Assembly: GCA_050010035.1 (NCBI GenBank)
Contig: JBEKLU010000057.1
Location: forward strand, 1 to 32,000
Reading direction: 5' to 3'
Source of the DNA: Roseiarcus sp.
Lineage (GTDB): Bacteria; Pseudomonadota; Alphaproteobacteria; Rhizobiales; Beijerinckiaceae
Length of the DNA stretch: 32,000 bases
The position numbers and the translations under genes are program-made. Under the pieces are notes generated by a model that saw only the letters and a list, made by a program, of their open reading frames with translations, searched no databases and was not told the DNA's origin. Shown here piece after piece: positions 9,259-17,582 of this stretch (position 1 is the stretch's first letter; every line of letters begins with the position of its first letter).

Positions 9259-9747
9259 TCACCAGGCCGCCGAGATCGGGGCGGCGCCGAGAATCTCGTC
9301 GAGCCGGGCGCGCGTCCCGCGGGTGACGTCGGGCGGCAGCGCGTCGCGGGCAAAGAAGCGCGCGGCGACGATCTCGCGGTCCGGCGCGCGCTCGCCCGTG
9401 ACGCGAAATTGGCGCGCCACATAGACCGCGACGTGATCGCGGCGGGAAACATGAGCGTTGAGGAACAGCCCGTGCAGCAGCGGCGGCGCTTCGAGCACCA
9501 CGTTGGCCTCCTCGGCGAGCTCGCGCGTCAGCGCGCGCTCAAAAGTCTCGCCGACCTCGACGCCGCCGCCGGGAAGGTGCCAGCCCGCGACATAGGTGTG
9601 CTTGACCAGCAGAACGCGATCGTCGCGGTCGATCACCGCCGCCCGGACCCCCAGCGTCATCGGCCGCGTCAGCAGGAAGCTCAGATGCGCGAGCCGCGAC
9701 GTCAGGCGCTGGCGAATAGAGCGGCGGTTTTGGCCTTGCGTCGGCAA
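9259..9747 (-). CDS. NUDIX hydrolase
   Basis: Nudix box GGGVEVGETFERALTRELAEEANV. The start is either TTG at 9747 or ATG at 9660. Confidence 0.85.
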   Translation of the reverse strand: MPTQGQNRRSIRQRLTSRLAHLSFLLTRPMTLGVRAAVIDRDDRVLLVKHTYVAGWHLPGGGVEVGETFERALTRELAEEANVVLEAPPLLHGLFLNAHVSRRDHVAVYVARQFRVTGERAPDREIVAARFFARDALPPDVTRGTRARLDEILGAAPISAAW

Positions 9748-9849
9748 ATTCGTCTCCCTAAGGGTCTCTTCGTCGTCGGACCCTAGCGCGCCGCGGCGCG
9801 AGCGTCAGGCCAAAGCGGGCGTCGCGCCCCATCCGGAATCGACTTGTCC

Positions 9850-10758
9850 ATGAGTTTCACCATCGCGCATCTCTCCGACGCCCATCTCGGGCCCGCGCCT
9901 TTCCCCGGCCTTGGCGAGATGCGGCTGAAGCGCTTCATGGGCTGGGTCAATTGGAAGCGCGGCCGCGAGCGCCTCAACGACATGGCGATGCTGGCGCGGC
10001 TCGTCGCGGATTTACGCGCGCAGTCGCCCGACCATGTCGCGATGACCGGCGACGTCGCCAATATCGGGCTCTGCGCCGAATTCCGCCGCGCCGCGCAATG
10101 GCTCAGCGCCTTGGGCGAGCCCGCCGACGTCAGTTTCACCCCGGGCAATCACGACGCCTATGTGCGCGACGCGGTGCAATGTCTGGCCAAGACGTTCGCG
10201 CCGTGGACATCGAGCGACGCGGGCGCCGGCAGGAACGATCGGTTCCCCTACCTGCGCGTGCGCGGCGAGGTCGCGCTGATCGGCCTCAACTCGGGCGTGC
10301 CGACCGGGCCGCTGATGGCGACCGGCCGACTGGGCGCGCGCCAGATCGCCGAGCTCGGCGATCTCCTGCAAGAGACCGGCGCGCGCGGCCTGGCGCGCGT
10401 CATCCTGATCCATCATCCCCCGCTGTCGCGCGGCGGCTCGCCGCTGCGCCGGCTGACCGACGCGCGCGCTCTCGAGACCATCGTCGGCCGTTTCGGCGCC
10501 GAGGCGGTCCTGCACGGCCATGCGCACGAGCGCATGGTCCATCATCTGCCCTCGGCCGCCGCGCGCGTCGAAGGCGGGCGCATCCCCATACTCGGCGTCC
10601 CGTCCGCCGTCGCCACGTCGGCGGACCTCAGCCATCGCGCCGCCTATCATCTCGTCCACCTGGAGCGCGCCGGCGAATTCTGGCGCGTCGGACTGCGCGC
10701 GCGCGGCATGTTGCCGGGCAGCGGCGAAATCGGCGAGCGCGAGGCGCCGGCGATTTAG
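9850..10758 (+). CDS. metallophosphoesterase
   Basis: MSFTIAHLSDAHLG, GDVANIG, GNHD, HHPP and GHAHE motifs. I prefer the ATG at 9850 to the track's TTG at 9844. Confidence 0.85.
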   Translation: MSFTIAHLSDAHLGPAPFPGLGEMRLKRFMGWVNWKRGRERLNDMAMLARLVADLRAQSPDHVAMTGDVANIGLCAEFRRAAQWLSALGEPADVSFTPGNHDAYVRDAVQCLAKTFAPWTSSDAGAGRNDRFPYLRVRGEVALIGLNSGVPTGPLMATGRLGARQIAELGDLLQETGARGLARVILIHHPPLSRGGSPLRRLTDARALETIVGRFGAEAVLHGHAHERMVHHLPSAAARVEGGRIPILGVPSAVATSADLSHRAAYHLVHLERAGEFWRVGLRARGMLPGSGEIGEREAPAI

Positions 10759-11459
10759 ATCGGCGGCGGGCCGAACCGGGCCGCCCATAGCGCGCGCCCC
10801 CAGGCGTTCCAGGCGGCGTAGGCGCCCAGGCACGCGAGCGCGACGAACGCGATCGAGCCGAGCGTCAGCAACAAGAAGCTGAAGAGGTCGGCGGCGACCG
10901 CCAGCCACCAGCGGCGCTCGACCGCAGGCGCCGTCGCGGCGGCGGGCGGCGCGGCGCCGTCCGTGACGCGCGCCGCGCCGGGAGAGCGCGAAACACGGGC
11001 GCTCGGCGCGACGTCGGCCTCCAGGGCGTCGCGGCTGCGCCAATCCGAGGCGAGCGCCTTCTCGCGCTCGACCAGTCGGCGGGCGATGTAATTGGTGATC
11101 GCGGCGACGACCCGCTCGATCGACGGGCTTTCGGCGATCAGCACGCGGCCATGGCGCGTGTCCTGAAAGAAGCGATAGGTGCGCCGGTCATGGCCGAGGT
11201 CGACGAAGCCGATCATGTCGAGGAACAGCCGCGGCCGCTCGCCGTGGTCGACGCCCGGATCGAACAGGTCGGCCGCCTCGGGCGCCTCATCGAGCACCGG
11301 GCGGATGGCGTCGAGCAGCAGTTCGAGCCGCGCCACCTCCGCCTCGCGCAGGTCGGCGACCGCCTGGCTCTGTTCGGCGCTTTCGACCCGCGCGCGGCGG
11401 ATCGCGGCGCGCAGGCTCGGCGGGACCGGCTTCAAGTGATCGGGTTTTCGCTCGTCCAT
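10755..11459 (-). CDS. conserved hypothetical protein with C-terminal TM helix
   Basis: Frame of track ORF 10755..11699. The first ATG is at 11459 (MDERKPDHLKPVPPSLRAAIRRARVE...). The C-terminal hydrophobic segment is WWLAVAADLFSFLLLTLGSIAFVALACLGAYAAW. Upstream of 11459 the ORF runs through REP repeats. I recognise no family. Confidence 0.55.
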   Translation of the reverse strand: MDERKPDHLKPVPPSLRAAIRRARVESAEQSQAVADLREAEVARLELLLDAIRPVLDEAPEAADLFDPGVDHGERPRLFLDMIGFVDLGHDRRTYRFFQDTRHGRVLIAESPSIERVVAAITNYIARRLVEREKALASDWRSRDALEADVAPSARVSRSPGAARVTDGAAPPAAATAPAVERRWWLAVAADLFSFLLLTLGSIAFVALACLGAYAAWNAWGRALWAARFGPPPI

Positions 11460-11532
11460 GCTCCGCCTCTGGCGCCTCGGCCCCCACGTTACCGCAACGG
11501 CGCCGCGCGTAAAGGGCCCGGCGCGTTTGATT

Positions 11533-11880
11533 GCGTTACGGCATGCACAGATTTGGCGACGCTTGCGGGCTAAGCGATTCACACAAGTCGAAGGCGCCCC
11601 TTCCCCCCTTGCGGGGGAAGGTGGCCGGCGGAGCCGGCCGGATGAGGGGGGCGCCGCAAGGCGCGTCGCTTCGACGTCAGCGAAAGTTTCTCGGCTCATA
11701 CCGCAAGAATTGCCGCCGACTGCGCCTTATCGTGACAACGCGCCTTGCGGCGCGCCCCCTCATCCGTCATCGCTGACGCGATGACACCTTCCCCCGCGAG
11801 GGGGGAAGGGGCGCGCGCCTTGATGAGGCATATCCGTCTGGCCGGCAACAGGAAATTGACTTGTGTGCATACCGTAGCGC
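11533..11880. repeat. composite REP/MITE-like element: two inverted copies of a triple-hairpin GC-rich unit bounded by about 19-bp inverted termini
   Basis: The outer inverted repeats are GCGTTACGGCATGCACAGA (11533-11551) and TGTGTGCATACCGTAGCGC (11862-11880). An inner perfect 10-bp inverted repeat is CACACAAGTC (11580-11589) and GACTTGTGTG (11858-11867). The hairpins are CCTTCCCCCC-TTGC-GGGGGAAGG, GGCCGGC-GGA-GCCGGCC and GCGCC-GCAA-GGCGC. Confidence 0.8.
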
Positions 11881-12030
11881 TTGCGGGGAGAGGCAGAATG
11901 AGGGGCGGGGCGATTAGCCGCGCTGTCGCCAAGTGTGCGCAGCCGCAGTTTGATCGCGGCCCGCGAATGCTGATAATCAGGACGGGGTTCGCTCGGCGCT
12001 CGGGCGCGGCAAGAGACGAAGGCGAGAGGC

Positions 12031-12948
12031 ATGGCGGCGAAGGCGTTGTTGGATCTGTCGGCCGACGCGGCCAAGGCGCTCGCCGCCAAGGGGCCGATCG
12101 TCGCGCTGGAATCGACGATCATCACCCACGGCATGCCCTACCCCCAGAATTTCAACACCGCCTTGATGCTGGAGGAGGCGGTGCGCGCGCAAGGCGCGAC
12201 GCCGGCGACGATCGCGCTCATCGACGGCCGCTTCAAGGTCGGGCTCGACCGCGCCGAGCTCGAGGGGCTGAGCCGCCTCTCGGGCGGCGTCGTCAAGGCC
12301 TCGCGCCGCGACTTGAGCGCGGTGGCGGCGCGCCACGGCGCGGCGGGAACGACGGTGGCGGCGACGATGTACATCGCCGAACTCGCAGGAATAGAGATTT
12401 TCGCCACCGGCGGCATCGGCGGCGTGCATCGCGGCGCCGAAGAGACCTTCGACATTTCCGCCGACCTCGTCGAGCTCGCCCGCACCAAGGTCGCCGTCGT
12501 CTGCGCCGGGGCGAAGTCGATCCTCGACATCGACAAGACGCTCGAATACCTCGAGTCGCACGGCGTGGCGATCTGCGGCTTCCGCTGCGACGAATTCCCC
12601 GGCTTCTACGCGCGCTCCAGCGGCGTCAAGCTCGACCACCGCTGCGACGGCCTGCACGACCTCGCGCGCATGGTGCGCCTGCAGCGCGCGATCGGCCCCG
12701 GCGGCCTCTTGATCGCCAACCCGATCCCCGAGGACAAGGCGCTCGACGCGCACGCGATCGAAAAGCGTATCGCCGAGGCGGTCGCCGAGGCCAAGGCGCA
12801 AGGCGTCGCCAAGAAGGAAGTCACGCCGTTCCTGCTCGGCCGCATCGTCGAACTGACCGAAGGGCGCAGCCTGGAGGCCAACATGGCGCTGGTCGAGAAC
12901 AACGCCATTCTCGCCGCGCAGCTCGCCGTCGAACTGACGCGGCTCTAG
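12031..12948 (+). CDS. psuG: pseudouridine-5'-phosphate glycosidase
   Basis: 305 aa with the diagnostic ALESTIITHGMPYPQN and VFATGGIGGVHRG motifs, and a GAGAGG RBS. Confidence 0.92.
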   Translation: MAAKALLDLSADAAKALAAKGPIVALESTIITHGMPYPQNFNTALMLEEAVRAQGATPATIALIDGRFKVGLDRAELEGLSRLSGGVVKASRRDLSAVAARHGAAGTTVAATMYIAELAGIEIFATGGIGGVHRGAEETFDISADLVELARTKVAVVCAGAKSILDIDKTLEYLESHGVAICGFRCDEFPGFYARSSGVKLDHRCDGLHDLARMVRLQRAIGPGGLLIANPIPEDKALDAHAIEKRIAEAVAEAKAQGVAKKEVTPFLLGRIVELTEGRSLEANMALVENNAILAAQLAVELTRL

Positions 12949-13863
12949 ATGAGCGCGCCGCGAGCGCTCGTCGTCGGCGACGTTATGATCGACTTGATCG
13001 TGCGTCTCGAAGGCCCGATCGCCGTCGGCTCGGATCGGCGCGCCAAGATCGCCGAGCGCCCCGGCGGATCGGCGGCCAACCAGGCGGTCTGGCTCGCCCA
13101 TTTCGGCGTCGCCGTCGATTTCGTCGGCCGCGTCGGTGCGGCCGACATCGAACGCGAGAGCGCGCGCTTTCGCCGCGCCGGCGTCGACGCCCATCTGGCG
13201 GGCGACGCGACGCGCGAAACCGGCCGCCTGATCGCGCTCGTCGACCCCTCGGGCGAGCGCAGCTTCCTCACCGACCGCGCCGCCAACGAGGCGCTGCAGG
13301 CGAGCGACATCCCCGACGGTCTGATCGAGAGCGCCGCGCTGATCCACCTCTCCGGCTATTCCTTCTTCGCCCCCTCGCCGCGCGCCGCGGCGATCGACGT
13401 CATGCGCCGCGCGAAAGGCAAGCCGATCGGCGTCGACCCCGCTTCGGCCGAATTCCTGCGCGAAGTCGGCGCGACGAATTTTTTCGAGTGGACCCGCGGC
13501 GCCTCGATGCTGTTCCCCAACGGCGAGGAGGCGGAAGTGCTGGCGGGAACCGAGGACCCCGCGCTGCAAGGCGAGCGCCTGAGCGCCTGCTACCCCCTCG
13601 TCGTCGTCAAGCGCGGCGCGGCGGGCGCCGAGGCGTTCCAGGGCGAGCGCCGCTGGCGCGTCGCCGCGCCCCCCGCGAAGTCGCTCGACTCGACCGGCGC
13701 CGGCGACGCCTTCGTCGCCGCGTTCCTGGCGGCGCGGCTGCAGGGCGAGGACATGGAAGCATGCCTGCGCCACGCCGCCGCCGCCGGCGCCGCCGCGACG
13801 CAGCTCGTCGGCGCCCGCCCCCTTCCCCCCTTGCGGGTGTCAGGCGAACGTCTCGTTCGCTGA
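12949..13863 (+). CDS. psuK: PfkB-family carbohydrate kinase, likely pseudouridine kinase
   Basis: The ATG abuts the psuG stop. PfkB motifs GGSAANQAVWLA and DSTGAGDAFVAAFL are present. The last ~17 codons plus the stop codon (13811-13863) read into a REP element (ARPLPPLRVSGERLVR). Confidence 0.8.
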   Translation: MSAPRALVVGDVMIDLIVRLEGPIAVGSDRRAKIAERPGGSAANQAVWLAHFGVAVDFVGRVGAADIERESARFRRAGVDAHLAGDATRETGRLIALVDPSGERSFLTDRAANEALQASDIPDGLIESAALIHLSGYSFFAPSPRAAAIDVMRRAKGKPIGVDPASAEFLREVGATNFFEWTRGASMLFPNGEEAEVLAGTEDPALQGERLSACYPLVVVKRGAAGAEAFQGERRWRVAAPPAKSLDSTGAGDAFVAAFLAARLQGEDMEACLRHAAAAGAAATQLVGARPLPPLRVSGERLVR

Positions 13864-14058
13864 GAGGTGTCACGCGAAGCGTGACGGATGAGGGGGCGCG
13901 CCGCAAGGCGCGTCACTTCCGCGTCCAGGAGACCCGGCGGCCGGTTTACGCGGCAAAAATCGTCGCCGATCGCGGCGATTGCAACGAGCGCCTTGCGGTG
14001 CCCCCTCATCCGGCCGGCTCCGCCGGCCACCCGCGAGGGGGGGAAGGGGCGCGCGTCA
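13811..14058. repeat. REP cluster: two inverted copies of the same GC-rich hairpin unit seen at 11.6-11.8 kb
   Basis: Copy 1 (13811-13915) is GCGCCCGCCCCCTTCCCCCCTTGCGGG ... GGATGAGGGGGCGCGCCGCAAGGCGCGTCAC, with inserted hairpins GCGAAC-gtctc-GTTCGC and GTCACGC-gaa-GCGTGAC. Copy 2, in reverse orientation (13981-14058), contains CCTCATCCGGCCGGCTCCGCCGGCCACCCGCGAGGGGGGGAAGGGGCGCGCG. Confidence 0.8.
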
Positions 14059-14569
14059 CGCAGCGGCGGCGCACTTCAAAGGCGGGCGCCAGCGCAAGGC
14101 GATTTTGCTCGGGCGCGGTCGTCAGGACGTAAGGGACTAAAGATCAAGGATTTAACGTTCTGGCCAGCCGGAAACCGAGACCTGTGATCCGGAGGACAGG
14201 GCTGTACCTGAGGCGGCCCGCGGCGCGGAGGTACCACGGATCGTCCTCCCAGGAGCCGCCGCGAACGACCCGAGTTTCACATGTTACATCTGTCCAAACA
14301 CTGCCGTCTTGCGGCGCGCCGCCGTAGCTGTCGTGATAACAGTCTTCGACCCACTGCCATACGTTGCCGTCCATGTCGTAAACCCCAAAGGCGTTCGGCG
14401 CGAAACTGCCGACGGGAACCGTTTTGCCTCGATTCACACCTGTCGGTCCGGCATTGTAACTTTGCGTTCCGTCATAATTCGCTTGGTTCGGCGAAATCGT
14501 CGCGCCTTGCCAAAACGCCGTCGTCGTTCCCGCCCGCGCCGCATATTCCCATTCGGACTCGCTCAACAG

Positions 14570-14579
14570 GCGGTATGGC
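14570..14579. repeat. target-site duplication (left copy) GCGGTATGGC
   Basis: Identical 10-mers directly flank the IS ends, at 14570-14579 and 15865-15874. Confidence 0.9.
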
Positions 14580-15864
14580 CACGGCACGGATTCCAGGTTA
14601 ACGGTTATTTCATTTGCAGGATTTCGAGAAGGAAATTCGTATTCCAACTCGCTGATTTTCTGCGTGTTTTGACGCTTCCGGCTGTTTTGTTGGCGCGCAC
14701 GAGGCCGAGCGCGAAGCGGCGGACGATGGCCATGTTCTTGGCGCCGTGGCCAGCGCGGTAGCGCGACAGATCGTCCTTGAACTCCATGTCGAGCAACCAG
14801 TGCATGCTCTCGACGCCCCAGTGGCCGCGCGCGCCGGCCGCGAGCCGTTCGATATCGAGCGGCGCGGACGAGATATAGAGCCGTGTGTCGAAGGTGCATC
14901 GGTCCGCGTATTCGGTTCGATTGAGAACGCGAACGAGCGTCTTGATGTTTTCGAAACGCGGTTGGCCCGGATAGGACTTGTCGGCCTTGATCCATTCGAC
15001 CTCTTGGGAGGCGGTGTAGAGGCGGGTTTCGATGCGGCCATGGCCTTTCTCGATGGCGGTCTTCGAGACGAGTTCGCCCGCCGGCGCGGTGTCGAAATAG
15101 GAGCCGACCTCCGCTTCCATCGTCGGCTGATTGCCCTTCAGCGGCAGCAGAAATTCGGCTTTGTGCTCGACGATCCCGGCGGCGATCTCGACCTGACATC
15201 CCATGGCGTCGATGGTGACGAGGGCGCCTTCGAGTTGGCCCGCCTCGGCCAGGTGGTCGAGCAGATCGGGGATGGCCGTGATCTCGTTGGTTTTCTCGGG
15301 CACGCTGAGTTGCGCCAGCGTGAGACGGGCGTTTGTCGCATAGGCGCTGAGCGTGTGCAGCGCCTTGAGCGCCTTGCGCTTGTCGTGCGTGCGGCGCGAG
15401 GTCTTGCCGTCGATGGCGATGAGGTCGTGCCGGCCCGGCCACAGCGCCTTGATCCAGCCGTCGAAACAACGCCCGAATGTGAGAGGGTCCACCCGGTTGA
15501 CCAGGGTGCGCAGCCACCGCTCGCAGGGGATTCCATGATGGAACGGCGCGAACATCTTAAGAAAACCGAGATGATGTTCGCCCCAGGCGACGATATCGTC
15601 GAAGTCGTCGCAAGAGGCGATGGTGGCGCAGGTCAGCAGCAGCAGGACTTCGGCCAAGGGATAGACGATCCGCCAGGGCTCGCGCTCGTCCGAGAGCCTG
15701 GAAAAATGCTTCAAGAGCAGGGCTACGCGCGCCCGAGGAACCTCCTCGTCGGCGAAAAAGTCGGCTGTGTCGTCCATGTGGCGCCCCCAAGCGAATCAGG
15801 GCCCCGAGAGAATCACGCCGCCGCGTCAAGGCAAAATCGTCGTTAACCTGAGTTCCGAGCCGTG
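14580..15864 (-). mobile_element. ISAs1-family insertion sequence (1285 bp)
   Basis: The 24-bp imperfect terminal inverted repeats are CACGGCACGGATTCCAGGTTAACG (14580-14603) and the reverse complement of 15841-15864, CACGGCTCGGAACTCAGGTTAACG (20/24 match). It has a single transposase ORF, a 10-bp TSD, and visibly lower GC than its flanks. Confidence 0.9.
14605..15777 (-). CDS. ISAs1-family transposase (H-repeat-associated-protein-like)
   Basis: 390 aa: MDDTADFF...DEREPWRIVYPLAEVLLLLTCATIASCDDFDDIVAWGEHHLGFLKMF...IAIDGKTSRRTHD...VTIDAMGCQVEIA...HWGVESMHWLLDMEFKDDLSRYR. The layout is typical of the ISAs1 DDE transposase. Confidence 0.9.
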   Translation of the reverse strand: MDDTADFFADEEVPRARVALLLKHFSRLSDEREPWRIVYPLAEVLLLLTCATIASCDDFDDIVAWGEHHLGFLKMFAPFHHGIPCERWLRTLVNRVDPLTFGRCFDGWIKALWPGRHDLIAIDGKTSRRTHDKRKALKALHTLSAYATNARLTLAQLSVPEKTNEITAIPDLLDHLAEAGQLEGALVTIDAMGCQVEIAAGIVEHKAEFLLPLKGNQPTMEAEVGSYFDTAPAGELVSKTAIEKGHGRIETRLYTASQEVEWIKADKSYPGQPRFENIKTLVRVLNRTEYADRCTFDTRLYISSAPLDIERLAAGARGHWGVESMHWLLDMEFKDDLSRYRAGHGAKNMAIVRRFALGLVRANKTAGSVKTRRKSASWNTNFLLEILQMK

Positions 15865-15874
15865 GCGGTATGGC
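15865..15874. repeat. target-site duplication (right copy) GCGGTATGGC
   Basis: See the left copy. In the host gene this 10-mer encodes ..PYR. Confidence 0.9.
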
Positions 15875-17423
15875 TCGCCCGTCTTGCTCGACAGCCATTT
15901 GACGTATAGCTGAGCGTCATTCCAGGAAACATTGATCACCGGCCGCCGGCCGCGGCCCCAACCCTGATCGCTCGGCTTGTAGCCGCCGCAGCCGCCGTCG
16001 GCGACGCAAGCGTCCCACTCGTCGAATGTGACCGTGAAAGCCGCTGCCGCGAAGGGCTTGCCGATCCGCGCGTCGTGCTGCGGGCCCTCGTCGTCGGAAC
16101 GGCCTTTCTCGCTCGCGGGCGATCCCATGGTGAACGACCCGGCGGGAACGACGACCATCACAGGACAATTCGCGCATTCCCGGAACTGATCCTTCGGCTT
16201 CAGCCCGCATTCCTCCGCCGCCGAGAGGACGCTTGGCGGCCGCGACGCCAAAGGCGCCAGGGAAACCCACGGGCAATGTCCCCATTCGGTCGCGCCGATT
16301 GTCTGCCCCGCGATCGGCGAGGGCGACACAGTCGGCGCCCCCAAAGCGACAGGCGAAGGAGCCGAGGTCGACGCTGGAGACGCGGAGCTGGTGGACGACG
16401 GGCTAGGCGACGGCGTGAGCCCATAACGTCCGCGCGTCGCAACCACGCCGACGCTCGCCGCGACGACGACGACCAGGGCGACGACCCCGGCGATCAGACG
16501 CCTTTTTCTCGACAGATCGTCCGGCTCAGGACCAGCGAGCGGCGAACGGGCGTCGCCGCTTCCCGGCGAAACGGCCTCTTGCGGCGCTTGCGCAGGCGTC
16601 GCCGCGGTCGGCGAAGCCGCAGCCTCTTCGGGCGAAGCGGGGGCGACGCTCGGCGTTGGACGGTCGGGCGCCGGCGAAGGCGTCGCCGGCGGCGTCTCGA
16701 CGGCCGGCGCGGCCGGCGGCGTTTCCTCGACCCGCTCGGGCGCGATCACGGTCCGCCCGTCGCCCGAATGCGCGCCCTCCGGCGCGGTGCGCGTCGCCAT
16801 CGGCCGCCGCAGCGCCTTCAAGACGTCGGCCGCCAACTCGCCCGCCCAGCGCCGCACCTCCTGCGATTTCGGGTCGGCGTAGAACAGCGGCCTGAAATCG
16901 ATCCACTGCGAGCGGCGCAGCGCGGCGAGGTCGTCGCCGAACACCGTCTCGTCGGGCCTGACGTCGTCGACGCTGATGTAATGGACGGGAAAGACCAGGT
17001 CGTTGCGGCCGAGCCTCTGCATCCGGCGCCGGAACGAGACGAATTCGTCGCGGCAATTTTCGCTCTTCAGGAAGCGCGGCGTGACGATCGGGATGAAGAA
17101 GGTGGTTTGCCCGATGGTGCGCTCGATGGTCTCGGCCCAATCCGCGCCATAGGGAATGGCGGCGATGTCCTGCCACAGCGTCACTTCGACGCCGCATTGC
17201 AGAACGATCTGCTTGCCGACGATCGCGCGCAATAGGCTCAACTGCCCGTCGCTGTGCGCGTCGTCCTGACGCGCGTAGCTCCAAAAGCCTACGGGATCGA
17301 GCATCGCCAACGCCTTCGCCTGGCGTCCCCCGGCGCGGCGCGAGCCGCCTTCTCCGACCCGACCGACCGCCGCCGACAAAGTGCCCCCATCTCACGCGGC
17401 GGACAAGGCGTTTCCGCATCGGG

Positions 17424-17497
17424 GCGCGAAGTTCTTTCGCGCCGGGCGACTCGCGCCTCTCGAAGAGCGGGCCCCTTCCCCCGCGAGGGGGGAAGTG
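17424..17497. repeat. REP-type hairpins between the two TIR paralogs
   Basis: Contains GCGCGAA-gttct-TTCGCGC and CCCCTTCCCCC-GCGA-GGGGGGAAG, the same motif family as at 11.6, 11.8 and 14.03 kb. Confidence 0.7.
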
Positions 17498-17582
17498 GCG
17501 CCGGGGCCGCCGACAAGGGGAGCGGTCTAGGAAATTTCGACCAGGGCTTCGCCCTCGACCCAACACGTAAAGAGGCAAAGAC

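Larger units (their letters stand above)
14144..17304 (-). pseudogene. TIR - TM - FGE/SUMF1-fold receptor-like gene (paralog 1), split by an IS insertion
   Basis: The 5' part (15865-17304) encodes [15 protein letters not shown]...KSENCRDEF (TIR), a Pro/Ala/Ser linker, the TM segment [20 protein letters not shown], and the FGE start [20 protein letters not shown]...[11 protein letters not shown]. The 3' part (14144-14569) encodes LLSESEWEYAARAG...NAFGVYDMDGNVWQWV...RGGSWEDDPWYLR...LARTLNP*. Removing 14570-15864 joins the two parts in frame into a 621-aa ORF collinear with paralog 2. Confidence 0.9.

Noticed and set aside
11590-11830. Short ORFs encoding ..SPLAGEG.. / ..SPARGEG.. peptides (also at 13.8-14.05 kb and 19.84-19.93 kb)
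   Set aside because: These are translations of palindromic REP hairpins that occur in both orientations in intergenic DNA. They are not protein-coding.
11745-14132. 795-aa Arg-rich ORF spanning psuG and psuK in another frame
   Set aside because: Its composition (R/G/A/P runs) is typical of off-frame reading of high-GC coding DNA. The overlapping frames give clean PsuG and PfkB-kinase proteins with diagnostic motifs.
14144-15517. 457-aa ORF
   Set aside because: This is a chimeric reading frame. Its C-terminal 141 aa are the genuine 3' fragment of the split TIR-FGE gene. Upstream of 14580 it reads out of frame through the IS transposase.
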